Shown here in pieces: positions 22,235 to 32,224 of a stretch of 40,310 nt of DNA (the first letter of the stretch is position 1; every line of letters starts with the position of its first letter). The translations under genes were made by a program, and so were the position numbers. Source of the DNA: a virus; IMG/VR virus record IMGVR_UViG_3300045988_159991, positions 1 to 40,310 of that record; one strand, written 5' to 3'. The notes under the pieces were generated by a model. It saw only the letters and a list, made by a program, of their open reading frames with translations, ran no database searches and was not told where the DNA came from.

Positions 22235-23804
22235 TAAGTTACGTTCATCAGGCTACTGGGTGCCGATGCCGGGGCCTCAGACGCTAGCCTCAGCCGTAGC
22301 TAGTGATAGGCGTTTTCGTGAGATTTTATACGGCGGGGCAAGAGGCGGTGGTAAAACGGATCTGTCGATAGCCCTGCTTGGCGTTAGGTTGGCTAATAAG
22401 AGAGCTAAACAATTAGTTATTAGACGTAACGCTGATGATTTAACTGATTTTGAGTGGCGAGCTAAAGAGGCGTATCAATTCTTGGGGATTAAAACAACGC
22501 ATAAACCTCTATTATTCACGGGTAACGGTAGAGGCAGATTGCTCGGCGGTCATCTGAACGACGAGGATAGCTATACGAAGTATCAGGGGCACGAATATTG
22601 CCGTATCAATATCGAAGAGTTGACCCAGATACCTTACGAGGACATGTATCTCAGGCTTATCAGCTCAGCAAGAAGCAAATATCATGATTTGTATCCTCAG
22701 GTATTCAGCACTACTAATCCAGGTGGCGTGGGTATGGCGTGGGTCAAAGAACGTTTTGTCACGCCCGATACTGACCTGTGCGATGTGGTTCATAACACCT
22801 ATAAATGGTATGACTACGATGGCAAAGAGCATAAAACTCACTGGCAGGTGGTTATTGACAAGCAGACGGGATTATGGCGAGCATACATACCAGCTACTAT
22901 CGACAGCAATCCTATCTTGATGAAAGCTGACCCTGAATACGTTAGGCAGTTGGAGGGACTGAAACAGACTAACCCTGAGCTATACGAGGCTTGGCGTAAT
23001 GGCTCATGGGACGTCCAGTTCGGTGCAGTTTTCGACGACTTTAGCACCGAAAGGCACGTATTTGATAAGTTTGCTGAGTTCGGCATAACTCAAAAACAAT
23101 ACAAGTCGTCATGGAAGATATGCGGTATGGACTGGGGCTACAACGATGAATGTGTGCTACTGTGGGCGATGTTTGACAAAATAGGCGACGGTAAAGAACG
23201 AGCGTTCATCTTTCGGGAAAAGCACGGCAATCATCATGGCTCAGAGTGGTGGGCTAAGGAGTTTGCCCGCATCCAAGAGAAAGACCCGGTCGATGTCTTT
23301 GCCGTGCCACATGACGCTTATGCTCACTCGGGCGGGGCTGATAAGACTATTGCTGAAGCGTTCAAAGAGCAGACCGATTTGTTACCGCCCGACATAAGAC
23401 CTATCTATGTGCGAGCCGACAAGATGATGAGAGATAAGAAGATTAGCGCTATTGATACATTACACAACATGTTTGCTAACGCTTTAGATAACGAGCCGTC
23501 ATTACTTTTTCACCGCACCTGCAACTATCTGATAAAAACGCTACCGACCATCGTTTACGCTAAAGAGACAGGCGGTGAGGAGCTGGATAAAGATAACGTT
23601 GACCATGCCCTTGACGCCCTATTCTACACACTACTGACGGCTGACCGAGTGAGAGGCTCGTTAGTCAATCGTAGCCAGATAATCAAGAAGGTGACGCCGT
23701 CGTTTGTCACCGGGCTACACAACGTATACAAAGATGTTGGGTTGGATATTGAACGCCTTGTCAAAGAGGCTAATCAGCCAAAACGTGATTGGCGCACTAT
23801 TTAG
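22164..23804 (+). CDS. terL: Terminase large subunit
   Basis: Walker A YGGARGGGKTD. Walker B-like RINIEELTQ. Nuclease-domain acidic motifs GMDWGYND and DHALDALFY. The exact start is uncertain: there is no SD, the ORF-track ATG overlaps terS by 71 nt, and an ATG at 22266 is an alternative. Confidence 0.85.
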   Translation: MKKGDRLSKVTSSRLKTLGNDKANKLRSSGYWVPMPGPQTLASAVASDRRFREILYGGARGGGKTDLSIALLGVRLANKRAKQLVIRRNADDLTDFEWRAKEAYQFLGIKTTHKPLLFTGNGRGRLLGGHLNDEDSYTKYQGHEYCRINIEELTQIPYEDMYLRLISSARSKYHDLYPQVFSTTNPGGVGMAWVKERFVTPDTDLCDVVHNTYKWYDYDGKEHKTHWQVVIDKQTGLWRAYIPATIDSNPILMKADPEYVRQLEGLKQTNPELYEAWRNGSWDVQFGAVFDDFSTERHVFDKFAEFGITQKQYKSSWKICGMDWGYNDECVLLWAMFDKIGDGKERAFIFREKHGNHHGSEWWAKEFARIQEKDPVDVFAVPHDAYAHSGGADKTIAEAFKEQTDLLPPDIRPIYVRADKMMRDKKISAIDTLHNMFANALDNEPSLLFHRTCNYLIKTLPTIVYAKETGGEELDKDNVDHALDALFYTLLTADRVRGSLVNRSQIIKKVTPSFVTGLHNVYKDVGLDIERLVKEANQPKRDWRTI

Positions 23805-23815
23805 ACAGTGGTGGA

Positions 23816-25996
23816 ATGGCTATAGCGTGCTATGATAGCCATAATATGAACGACAATCAGCAACCACTTTTTCATGACCCCTCAGTAGACGTTATCACTG
23901 ACCAGACAGACGTCGTAGATGAACAAGCTGTCTTAAAGCTGGATATTGACGATAGACAGCTCATCTCTAACTTTAGACGCTGGATTGATGACAGCAAGGA
24001 TTATTGGAATGATACGGACGGTTACAATCTGGAGAACGTACGCAATCAGAATGAGCGATATTACTTGGGCAAGCAGATAGACAAGACGTTGCTTTATCCT
24101 CATCAAGTGCCGTATCAAGAGAACGTTATCTTTACCGATGTGCAAGCCATCATGGCTTACGTTACTGCCTCAGAGCCGTCATGTGAGGTAGTACCAGATA
24201 ATGACAAAACTCAGTCAATGGTCATGGCTGAAGATTTGGAGCGGGCTATCAATATTCACACCGAACGTCACAAGCTAGCTGAAAAGATAAAGTCTGCCGT
24301 CAAGAACATGTATCTCAAGCGAGTCGGCATTATTAAGCTGATGTGGGATGAAAAGTCGAATGATATCAAGCCTGTCGCCGTTGACCCTGCCCGAGTGATT
24401 TTAGATAAGAACTGTCTCTTAGGTGAAGAGCCACGGTTTATATGTGAGGTGTGTCTGAAGAGCGTGGGTGAACTGGTGAAACAATTCCCTGACAAGAAAG
24501 ATGCACTGCTCAAAGCCTTAGGTAGAGAGCGATGGAGTCAAAAGCTACTTAACGAGATGATAGCCTATAACGAGATATGGTTTACTGACGACACGGCCGA
24601 CTATGGCGAGCAGGAGTGTGTAGCCTGGTATTACAAGGACGTCGTCTTTGATAAAATGAAAAACCCGAATTATCTCTATGACGGTGAGGGCGTGGCTGTC
24701 AATAACTTCTTAGATAGACCGACAAAACCGTATGTCTTCTTTAACTATATCAATGACGGCTCATCACTGATTGACCAGACCACCCCGCTGGAGCAGGTTA
24801 TACCGTTACAAGACGTCTTGAATAAGCGAGGGCGACAGATTGTTGAAAATGCCGACACGGCTAACTCTATCCTGGTGTTTAAGGCTGGGGCAATCAAGCA
24901 AGAGACGGCAGAGAATATCACCCGTGACCCTAACCAGAAGATATTGCTAGAGACACCGCCAGAACAGCCTGTCAGCAGTGCCTATGGTGAGATAGAACCG
25001 CACCTGTTGCCTAACTACGTTATAAACGATAAACAGGATATTAAGAATGCTATCCATGATATTTTAGGTGCACCAAGCCAGTTCAGAGGCAGTAACGACA
25101 ACGACAACGTCAATACTTTAGGTGAGGCTCAGATGATTAAGTCTCAAGCTAGCGGTAGGCAGGACGAGATTGTACGTGCTATCGAGATGAGTTTGGACAG
25201 CTACTTTAAGTTGCTGGTTCAGATGATGAAAGTTTACTATGACGAAAAACATCCGTTTGCCACCAGAGATACTGACGGTAAGTTTGTCTACACTGAACTA
25301 TCCAGGGCTACTATGCCCGATATTGCCTCTATCTCTATCTCTCATGGCTCATTACTTAAGGTAGACCGTGAGAGACGAGAGAATGTAGCTATGGCGATGG
25401 CTAAGATGGGGCTGATTGACCCGTACAACTTATTCAAAGACCTATCACTACATGATGCCGATAAACGTTATGAAGCTTTAGTTAAGTTTAAAGTAGACCC
25501 GACCAGTCTGGTTAGCGACGTTAAGACTGAGGTGGACAACCGTGAAGCTTATATCGACTTTGCCACTATCATGGGCGGTAATAATGCCGAGCCACGTCAA
25601 GATATCGAGCCTGGCTATATCTTAGCTATGCGTAAATTGCTGATGACTGACCAATTCTTGTATGCTAAGCCTGACCGACAGAAAAAGTTGCTGGACTACA
25701 TCCAAGGTTGCGTGATTGATTTAGGTAACCGAGTGAGACTGGAGCAGGCTGACCAAGCTGGATTACTGGTAGACCCGAGCATACCGATTACCCCAGAGCC
25801 ACCCGAAGTGCCACCCGAGATGATGGCTCAGCAACAGCAACCCCAGCCACCGATGCCACCTGACCAAGCCCAGCCCGAACAACCACCTGTTCAGAATATG
25901 CCCAATGTACCTAACCAGGAAGCCCCTGTCTCTATCCAGGACGCAGGTATACCTCAAGACGCCATTAGTACACTAGGTGGATTGCTAGGAGGCTAG
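23816..25996 (+). CDS. Portal protein (about 726 aa) with a Pro/Gln-rich C-terminal tail
   Basis: The call is by size and position directly after terL. The ORF-track TTG at 23789 overlaps terL, so I use the ATG at 23816. The start is uncertain. Confidence 0.7.
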   Translation: MAIACYDSHNMNDNQQPLFHDPSVDVITDQTDVVDEQAVLKLDIDDRQLISNFRRWIDDSKDYWNDTDGYNLENVRNQNERYYLGKQIDKTLLYPHQVPYQENVIFTDVQAIMAYVTASEPSCEVVPDNDKTQSMVMAEDLERAINIHTERHKLAEKIKSAVKNMYLKRVGIIKLMWDEKSNDIKPVAVDPARVILDKNCLLGEEPRFICEVCLKSVGELVKQFPDKKDALLKALGRERWSQKLLNEMIAYNEIWFTDDTADYGEQECVAWYYKDVVFDKMKNPNYLYDGEGVAVNNFLDRPTKPYVFFNYINDGSSLIDQTTPLEQVIPLQDVLNKRGRQIVENADTANSILVFKAGAIKQETAENITRDPNQKILLETPPEQPVSSAYGEIEPHLLPNYVINDKQDIKNAIHDILGAPSQFRGSNDNDNVNTLGEAQMIKSQASGRQDEIVRAIEMSLDSYFKLLVQMMKVYYDEKHPFATRDTDGKFVYTELSRATMPDIASISISHGSLLKVDRERRENVAMAMAKMGLIDPYNLFKDLSLHDADKRYEALVKFKVDPTSLVSDVKTEVDNREAYIDFATIMGGNNAEPRQDIEPGYILAMRKLLMTDQFLYAKPDRQKKLLDYIQGCVIDLGNRVRLEQADQAGLLVDPSIPITPEPPEVPPEMMAQQQQPQPPMPPDQAQPEQPPVQNMPNVPNQEAPVSIQDAGIPQDAISTLGGLLGG

Positions 25997-25997
25997 A

Positions 25998-27293
25998 ATG
26001 AGCGTTTTAAGCAGTTTATTTAAGAGATTGCTCAAGGGTAGAGGCGATGATATCGCTGAAAAGGTAGCTCAGAATTATGGTGATGATGCTATTAGGATTG
26101 CTACTAACGGCATTAAGAACCATTTGGATGAGGGGCTTGACTCTGCCAGTAACCTGATAGCTACCCACCAGATATCGCCCGAAAAGTTAGCTCAGGCAAC
26201 CGAGATGGGTGGTTTTATGCACCCGTCTTTAGCTGTCACTGCCCCAGGACGAGGTGGTGGCACATTAAACCCCAGTTATGGCGATATTGTTATGGTGGCC
26301 AACCGCAACCAATTCTCACCGACCGCAGGCAAGTCTGTTATTGCCGACCGAGACATTTGGTCGCCGACCGTACCGGAGAGTATTGCCGAGGTTGACAAGA
26401 AGGCGCTAGATAGAATACTTAAGGCGAACGGAGCAAAGGAGTCTGCCTCTGACCTAATGAGGTCTGGCGGGCTTGACCTAAATAATCCAGAGAGTGGGCT
26501 AGCTAATTTATATCGTATTATTATGGGCGAATCAGATGCTTGGTTGCCTGATGTTATTAGGGCTGACGACTACAAAGCTTTTGCTAAAGACATTGCCGAT
26601 AAAATTACTAAAAGGCGCGTCTTTGACGTACAAGACGGTAAAGGCAACTGGGTAACTAAGCCGTACACGCCCGAAAATGTCGATAAATATATGAGCCAAG
26701 GCTCAGCTATCAATCGTGTGGGGTACGATAACCCATACAACGATATGATTATCAATCACAACCAACAGTTCAAGTCAACCACCCCGCTTTATAAACAAGC
26801 TAATCGGCTGATGAGCAAAGAACTATCCGAACCCTCTTACAATGCTATGATTGACGAATTTGAGCGCATAAAAGACCTGCTTGGCAGTAAGGATATACCT
26901 AGCGATTATGCCCCAAGCTATGCTTTGTCTGAAATGCTGGCAGGCAATCTACCCGTTACTAAAAGTATAAGACCGCAAGTAGATGAGTTCCGTACCGCCC
27001 TGAAGAATATCCCTGTGCCGTATTTTGAGGCTAAACTCAGACGTATCGAGCCAGGTAGTAACTTCTATGGAGCTTTAGTGCCTGATGATGTCTCTGGTGA
27101 GGTGATGGACAATCTGGCTAAACTAGGCGTCAATAATATCCAGCCATACAACGTTGATGAAGGTATTCAATCTTACCTTGGCAACATGGCTAAAAGAGGG
27201 CGACGGCTTGTCAATCCATACGTACTTGGACTAGGCGGAGCAGGCGTCTTATCCAGTTTGTTCAGTGGTCAAAACGGCTCAGATAACGTATAG
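25998..27293 (+). CDS. Head-associated / internal virion protein candidate (431 aa)
   Basis: SD AGGAGG. It follows the portal gene. The N-terminal motif LFKRLLKGRGDDIAEKVAQNYGDD is shared with the 609-aa protein on the other strand. Confidence 0.85.
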   Translation: MSVLSSLFKRLLKGRGDDIAEKVAQNYGDDAIRIATNGIKNHLDEGLDSASNLIATHQISPEKLAQATEMGGFMHPSLAVTAPGRGGGTLNPSYGDIVMVANRNQFSPTAGKSVIADRDIWSPTVPESIAEVDKKALDRILKANGAKESASDLMRSGGLDLNNPESGLANLYRIIMGESDAWLPDVIRADDYKAFAKDIADKITKRRVFDVQDGKGNWVTKPYTPENVDKYMSQGSAINRVGYDNPYNDMIINHNQQFKSTTPLYKQANRLMSKELSEPSYNAMIDEFERIKDLLGSKDIPSDYAPSYALSEMLAGNLPVTKSIRPQVDEFRTALKNIPVPYFEAKLRRIEPGSNFYGALVPDDVSGEVMDNLAKLGVNNIQPYNVDEGIQSYLGNMAKRGRRLVNPYVLGLGGAGVLSSLFSGQNGSDNV

Positions 27294-27346
27294 TGACATA
27301 AACAACATTTTAAGATAGACTAAAATTGTAATAAGAAAGGAGATAG

Positions 27347-28432
27347 ATGAGCGATATCGCCGATATCTTAGAGAACGCTTTGGCTAATGAAGAGCAACCC
27401 GAGCAGCCAGATACTGGGCAGGATAATCAGCCAGAACAGCCAGAGCAAGAGACTCAGGACGAGGGGCAATCAGACACCAACCAAGACGAAGCTCAGTTTG
27501 AAGCTAACCAGGAAGAGTCTCAGAATGATGAGGCTGACCAAGAGCAATCCGACCAAGAGCAAGAGGATAAGCAAGAGGGCGAAGGCGAACAAAAAGACGA
27601 GCAATCCGAGCCTGAACAGCCTCAGGAAAAACAAGAACCAGAAGTTCAGAAAAAGCAGGAACAGCCTCAGTCAGTCAGTGACGAGATGTTGCGAGCTGAA
27701 CTTGAACGACGGGGTATGGTAGCCACCAAAAAGCAAGACCAGCCTCAGCCCGAAGACCCCCGTTTTAGCCAGCCAAGAGAGCTACCTGACGCCGTGTGGT
27801 CAAGGATGACCGAAGAGGGCAAGTATATCTACAACCAGTTGCCCTATCTGACCATTAGAGGTAAGGACGGTATTCTTAGGGTTAAGTCTGATGAACAGAT
27901 ACCGCCAGATTTTGAGTGGGCTGATGAGGCGGAAAAGACACAATTCTACTCTAAGGAGCTACCCGCTCAGGTTTATAGGGCAGAACAACTCAACGCTCAG
28001 GTGACTAAAGCTGTCGAGGACTACAATCGAGAGCTGGAACGGCAACGTGAGGCTCAGACGATAGTACAGGGCGTCGAGAAGCTACAGGCTAGTGGTATTT
28101 TGCCTAAAATACCTGGCGAGCGTGGCAGTAAAGAGTACGAGGGATCGGCAGAGCTGGCTTATGTAAACAACGTACTTGGCTTATGGGAACAGCATCATCG
28201 TCAAGGTGAGAACATCTCTATCGAGACCGCAGCCTATCTATATAAGGCTCAACACCCCGATGCATTGAAGCCTAAGCCGACTACCACCCCTACGGACAAG
28301 ATGCGCAAGGCTAAGTCAACTAATATCAACGGCGGAGCAAAGGGTAAAGCTATGCCTGAACAGAGGCACACTTTCCCGCCAGGGACAATGCCGAGCGACA
28401 TAATAGATTATTATCTGGATGATTTTGAATAA
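27347..28432 (+). CDS. Putative scaffolding-like protein (361 aa) with an acidic Q/E/P-rich N-terminal third
   Basis: SD AAAGGAG. Low-complexity EQPEQ repeats, then helical segments. The call is positional only. Confidence 0.8.
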   Translation: MSDIADILENALANEEQPEQPDTGQDNQPEQPEQETQDEGQSDTNQDEAQFEANQEESQNDEADQEQSDQEQEDKQEGEGEQKDEQSEPEQPQEKQEPEVQKKQEQPQSVSDEMLRAELERRGMVATKKQDQPQPEDPRFSQPRELPDAVWSRMTEEGKYIYNQLPYLTIRGKDGILRVKSDEQIPPDFEWADEAEKTQFYSKELPAQVYRAEQLNAQVTKAVEDYNRELERQREAQTIVQGVEKLQASGILPKIPGERGSKEYEGSAELAYVNNVLGLWEQHHRQGENISIETAAYLYKAQHPDALKPKPTTTPTDKMRKAKSTNINGGAKGKAMPEQRHTFPPGTMPSDIIDYYLDDFE

Positions 28433-28441
28433 AGGAGGGAT

Positions 28442-29086
28442 ATGGCAGAAAACACTAGTAATGCAGACCAGAGCGACAATTTAGAAGATACGCTGACTCA
28501 AGACCTTGACTCAAGCACTAGGGGGACTGAAGTAGCTTCATCTCAATCAATGCGTGAGATTTTGCGAGGTATGTTTGAACCGAGCGATTACGTTAAGCTA
28601 ACTAACCCGTTCAAGTATTCTATGGGGTGGGTATACGCTAATCCTGCCAAGCAACCTAAGTCGGAGCAGACATCAGGTGCAGGCAAGCGTGTTTATCACG
28701 GCGTGCAGGATAAGAAGATACTCGAGCCTGGCGAGAGTACCGCAGTAACAGGCGGAGAGGCTTATGTGGCTATCGAGCGAATGTACAAGCGTTACGTACA
28801 GATAGAGGGCGACGTGATTATCATGTTCAATAACCCCGAGTTTATGCGTGAGTTTATCCCACGTGTCTACAAAGGCAAGGTCGATGTGGCAGAGCTAATC
28901 GACATGATAGACAACAAGCACCAACCAGCCCCCGTCGAGGTTAAAACCGAAGACTTAGCGCAGATGCGTGAGAACATCGCTGACGATATCGACACTCTGG
29001 GTTTTGCTGACGAGGACGAGCCCGAAGCACCTAAAGAGATAAAGTTCAAGAAGCCTGTCGGTAGACCGCCCAAAAATAGTAAGTAG
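28442..29086 (+). CDS. Hypothetical head-module protein (214 aa) with a C-terminal AT-hook-like KKPVGRPPKNSK
   Basis: SD AAAGGAGGG. GRP core flanked by Lys residues at the extreme C-terminus. Confidence 0.8.
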   Translation: MAENTSNADQSDNLEDTLTQDLDSSTRGTEVASSQSMREILRGMFEPSDYVKLTNPFKYSMGWVYANPAKQPKSEQTSGAGKRVYHGVQDKKILEPGESTAVTGGEAYVAIERMYKRYVQIEGDVIIMFNNPEFMREFIPRVYKGKVDVAELIDMIDNKHQPAPVEVKTEDLAQMRENIADDIDTLGFADEDEPEAPKEIKFKKPVGRPPKNSK

Positions 29087-29102
29087 TTGCTAAAATGAGG
29101 GT

Positions 29103-29435
29103 ATGGATGAAGTTAGTCGGCAGATTGGAGAACTTAGAGGACGTCTAGACACCTTTGAGCGTGACCTGTCTAAGGAGCTTGGGGAGCACGCTCAGAGCCT
29201 AGACCATATACAAGCCTCAGTCACTCAGATAGAGACCAGATTAGCCGTTAAAGATAACTCACTAATCGGTAAACTATCGCAAGTACTGGAGAACTCACTA
29301 ATTAAGATTGTCGGAGCAGGCTTTGTAACAGTGATAATGATATCTATCACTAATCACTATCAGAGCCAGCTAGATGAGCTTAAGGCGCAAGTAACTAAGA
29401 CCATGACAGTGGTCAAGGAAAGGGAGATAAAATAG
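29103..29435 (+). CDS. Coiled-coil membrane protein (110 aa) adjacent to the lysis cassette
   Basis: TM helix IVGAGFVTVIMISI flanked by coiled-coil-like segments. Confidence 0.7.
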   Translation: MDEVSRQIGELRGRLDTFERDLSKELGEHAQSLDHIQASVTQIETRLAVKDNSLIGKLSQVLENSLIKIVGAGFVTVIMISITNHYQSQLDELKAQVTKTMTVVKEREIK

Positions 29436-29515
29436 TGGACATTAGACCTGGAGAATTAGAGGTGGCTATCCCCGTAGACCCCGAAGAGCTGGAAGCTATG
29501 GGTAAGGGGGAGTAG

Positions 29516-30571
29516 ATGGCATATTTTGAACAGAAGTGGCTATCGCCTAACCACACCATTGGCAGGGATGGAGCTACCATAGATAAAATTGTCTTGCATC
29601 ACGCCGCTACAACCAGTTTTGCGGGTATTGGAGCGACTTTTCAGAATAGGAACATTGCCACCAGTGCTCACTATGGCGTATCACCAGGGCAAGTCTGTCA
29701 ATACGTCGAACCTCAGAACACGGCTTGGGCGGTAGGTAACTGGGAGCAGAACAAGCGTTCAATTAGCATCGAGTTTGTCAACTCTACTGGCGCACCAGGT
29801 TGGGATATTGCCCGAGAGACCTTAGACACCGGCGCAGAGCTGGTGGCTAATATCGCTAAGTACCTAGGTTGGGGCGGGCTGAAGATAGGTGAGAATGTCT
29901 TCTATCACAGTGACTTTTTCCCGACCGCTTGCCCTGGCGTGCTTAAGAACACACCGAGGGGACAGTATGTAGTAGATAGAGCTAACGCCATTATTGGCGG
30001 TGGTGACTTTACCGTACCGTCACAGTCGAAAGTACCTGTACCGAGATTGGCTAGTCAATCTCTCAACCCGGGTATGTGGCTATATCATGACTATAATGGT
30101 AATTGGCGCAATAAGCCGTCACTAACGGGTGAGATAATGGCTACTTACCCTGCTAACACCTGGGTCAAGATGAAGGGCTATGTGCATGGCGAGACGGTCG
30201 ATGGTGACGATAGATGGCTGGTATCTGACGTTCATGGCTGGTTTGCTCATGTCTCTATCTTTGGCGGGGTTTATCTACTGCCTGATTTAGGCAAGGTCAA
30301 CCCTGATGAGGCAAAACCGTCAGGAGCTCATACATTGGTTGAACAGCACGCCACCTATAAGGCTACCGATACGATGAATATCCGCCGAGAGCCGTCTGTT
30401 GGGGCTGGTGCTGTCGTGGGCACATTAGCACCCGGTGAGACGGTCAACTATGAAGGCTATATCGATATCAACGGTTATCGCTGGATTAGTTACATGGGTA
30501 ACTCAGGCATGAGGTGCTATATCGCTAGACGTAATCTATCGACTGGCGAGATTTATGGAGAATGTTATTAA
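29516..30571 (+). CDS. Endolysin: N-acetylmuramoyl-L-alanine amidase (Amidase_2/PGRP) plus C-terminal SH3-type wall-binding repeats
   Basis: IVLHHAAT, SAHYGV, WAVGNW, SISIEF and FYHSDFFPTACPG fit the Amidase_2 pattern. The C-terminal GYRWISYMGNSGMRCYIARRN is SH3_5-like. Confidence 0.85.
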   Translation: MAYFEQKWLSPNHTIGRDGATIDKIVLHHAATTSFAGIGATFQNRNIATSAHYGVSPGQVCQYVEPQNTAWAVGNWEQNKRSISIEFVNSTGAPGWDIARETLDTGAELVANIAKYLGWGGLKIGENVFYHSDFFPTACPGVLKNTPRGQYVVDRANAIIGGGDFTVPSQSKVPVPRLASQSLNPGMWLYHDYNGNWRNKPSLTGEIMATYPANTWVKMKGYVHGETVDGDDRWLVSDVHGWFAHVSIFGGVYLLPDLGKVNPDEAKPSGAHTLVEQHATYKATDTMNIRREPSVGAGAVVGTLAPGETVNYEGYIDINGYRWISYMGNSGMRCYIARRNLSTGEIYGECY

Positions 30572-30581
30572 AGGAGGAACT

Positions 30582-30809
30582 ATGAATAACTTAGAATTAA
30601 ATAACAAGACTTATGACCGATTAAAGTTAGCGGTACAGGTAATATTACCTGCCTTACTGACCTGCTACACTACTATCGCTGTAGCGTTAGGGCTACCCGC
30701 CACTGAAGTAGTCACTATCATCGCAGGGGCGGTCATCACCTGCCTGGGTACTATCTTGGGTATCAGCTCAAAGAACTATGAAAAGAACAAGATGGACAAT
30801 AACGCCTAA
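30582..30809 (+). CDS. Holin (Dp-1 / phi-LC3-like, 75 aa)
   Basis: AAAGGAGG lies 6 nt before the ATG at 30582. LNNKTYDRLKLAVQVILPALLTCYTTIAVALGLP...LGTILGISSKNY matches the family pattern as recalled from memory. Two TM helices. It lies directly after the endolysin. Confidence 0.8.
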   Translation: MNNLELNNKTYDRLKLAVQVILPALLTCYTTIAVALGLPATEVVTIIAGAVITCLGTILGISSKNYEKNKMDNNA

Positions 30810-31236
30810 AGCCCCTTTTGTTTGGACTGCCCTGTTCAGAGACGGTCATGCTATTGAGCAGGGCGGTAACCATGAGGAGGCACTAAACCGATTAGCCTGG
30901 TATCTGCACGGTGACCCTCACGAGTTCACCAGACGTTCACATTATCTTATCTGGTTCAAGCTGTACGACAAAGACAACACCGATATGCTCACCGTCAACT
31001 TTGACCCCGATGGGGATGCTTATATATCTCTTATCGGTGGTCATTTTATTATGACTGAACACAAGATGCGGTCAGCCGAGTTACTCTATCGAATTATGTA
31101 CGACAAGCTATTCATCGGCTTTGGCGGACTAAATAGTCTAGGCAAGCTGGACGCTAAGGTGGTGGTAGTCAATCCTAACACCTCTATTAAGCAGGCACGC
31201 ACGGCGACGCTATTATATGATAAGCTTAAGGTATGA
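30778..31236 (+). CDS. Hypothetical accessory protein (152 aa), distant paralogue of 31757..32224
   Basis: The ORF overlaps the holin end by 32 nt. No SD. N-terminal WTALFRDGHAIEQ compares with WQAIFSDGTRITQ. Confidence 0.65.
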   Translation: MKRTRWTITPKAPFVWTALFRDGHAIEQGGNHEEALNRLAWYLHGDPHEFTRRSHYLIWFKLYDKDNTDMLTVNFDPDGDAYISLIGGHFIMTEHKMRSAELLYRIMYDKLFIGFGGLNSLGKLDAKVVVVNPNTSIKQARTATLLYDKLKV

Positions 31237-31754
31237 CAGCAATCGCACAATGGCAAGAAGACAACGGAACTGCCACGGGAAGCCCGGCTAAAGGTGCTAC
31301 CCGCAATAACACTAATAACGTCAACTGGAAGTCAGTAGACGATACTACAACGTCACCCGCTAACGCTACTATCTTAGCTGGCACTAATAGTTACCCTAAG
31401 TATACCTTTGTTAAGTTTACAGGTACGTTCAATCAGCTATCCATGGGCAGATTTGCTCACACTGGTGGCTCAGTTAGCCCTAACACTAAGCTAGTTGGAC
31501 TAGTCACCAGCACCTACACTACACCGACCAGAGGGGCTTTGGCGGGGGCTAAAGACCTAAGCAATCCCGTATCTCTGGACAACGGTGAACCGGTCAAGTT
31601 TGCACCAGCAGGACCGGAGGGTACGGCTGTAGGAGACAGACTAACGATGGCTGGCTACACCCAGTACATGGTTACTCAGTTGCAGACCACAGGGAGTGCT
31701 CAGCCGGGCGATACACCTGAACTAACGTTAGCTTTTAGGTGGAATGAGAATTAG
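31233..31754 (+). CDS. Hypothetical Thr/Gly/Asn-rich beta-type protein (173 aa)
   Basis: ATGA overlap with the upstream gene. No motif recognised. Confidence 0.75.
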   Translation: MTAIAQWQEDNGTATGSPAKGATRNNTNNVNWKSVDDTTTSPANATILAGTNSYPKYTFVKFTGTFNQLSMGRFAHTGGSVSPNTKLVGLVTSTYTTPTRGALAGAKDLSNPVSLDNGEPVKFAPAGPEGTAVGDRLTMAGYTQYMVTQLQTTGSAQPGDTPELTLAFRWNEN

Positions 31755-31756
31755 TG

Positions 31757-32224
31757 ATGACAGACGGACAACGATACAGGTGGCAAGCTATCTTTAGTGA
31801 CGGTACACGGATAACTCAGCCGGACGACGACCATTATTCTAAGCATGACCCGACCAAAGAGCATAATCCGTCTGCCTTTAGGGACGTGGAGGATAAGCGT
31901 GAGAGTACACCTCTAGTAGCTTTTGTTTTAAGAGATATTGCCGATGATAGCCAAGCCGTTTTGTTAGACCTGGAAGCCCGTATCTTTTATGTCAACAACA
32001 TGCCACTTAAGTTAGCAGGTGATGAACAATTTATTTATGACATTAACTGTAAGCCTGCCGACCTCATCTACTACCGCACCATGGAGCAGAAGATGGAAGA
32101 CGGCTCAAGACCGATAGTCAAGAGCCACACTATCGGCTACAGATACAACAACGTGTCATACGTGATTGTCATACCTGATGCGCCATATTTAGAAGTTATA
32201 GAGGGAGAGCAGAAGAATGAGTGA
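31757..32224 (+). CDS. Hypothetical accessory protein (155 aa)
   Basis: The ATG at 31757 lies next to the GTG at 31754. It shares an N-terminal motif with 30778..31236. Confidence 0.75.
   Translation: MTDGQRYRWQAIFSDGTRITQPDDDHYSKHDPTKEHNPSAFRDVEDKRESTPLVAFVLRDIADDSQAVLLDLEARIFYVNNMPLKLAGDEQFIYDINCKPADLIYYRTMEQKMEDGSRPIVKSHTIGYRYNNVSYVIVIPDAPYLEVIEGEQKNE

Noticed and set aside
27387-27722. A 111-aa alternative-frame ORF inside the acidic N-terminal part of the 361-aa gene.
   Set aside because: It is a by-product of the CAG/GAA-rich low-complexity coding sequence, with no independent start signals. The same-strand internal ORFs 11527..11724, 15118..15312 and 22684..22920 are rejected for the same reason.
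29436-29513. A possible 25-aa GTG-initiated ORF between the 110-aa membrane protein and the endolysin.
   Set aside because: It has no SD and is very short, acidic and featureless. The gap may simply carry the endolysin RBS (GGGGGAG).
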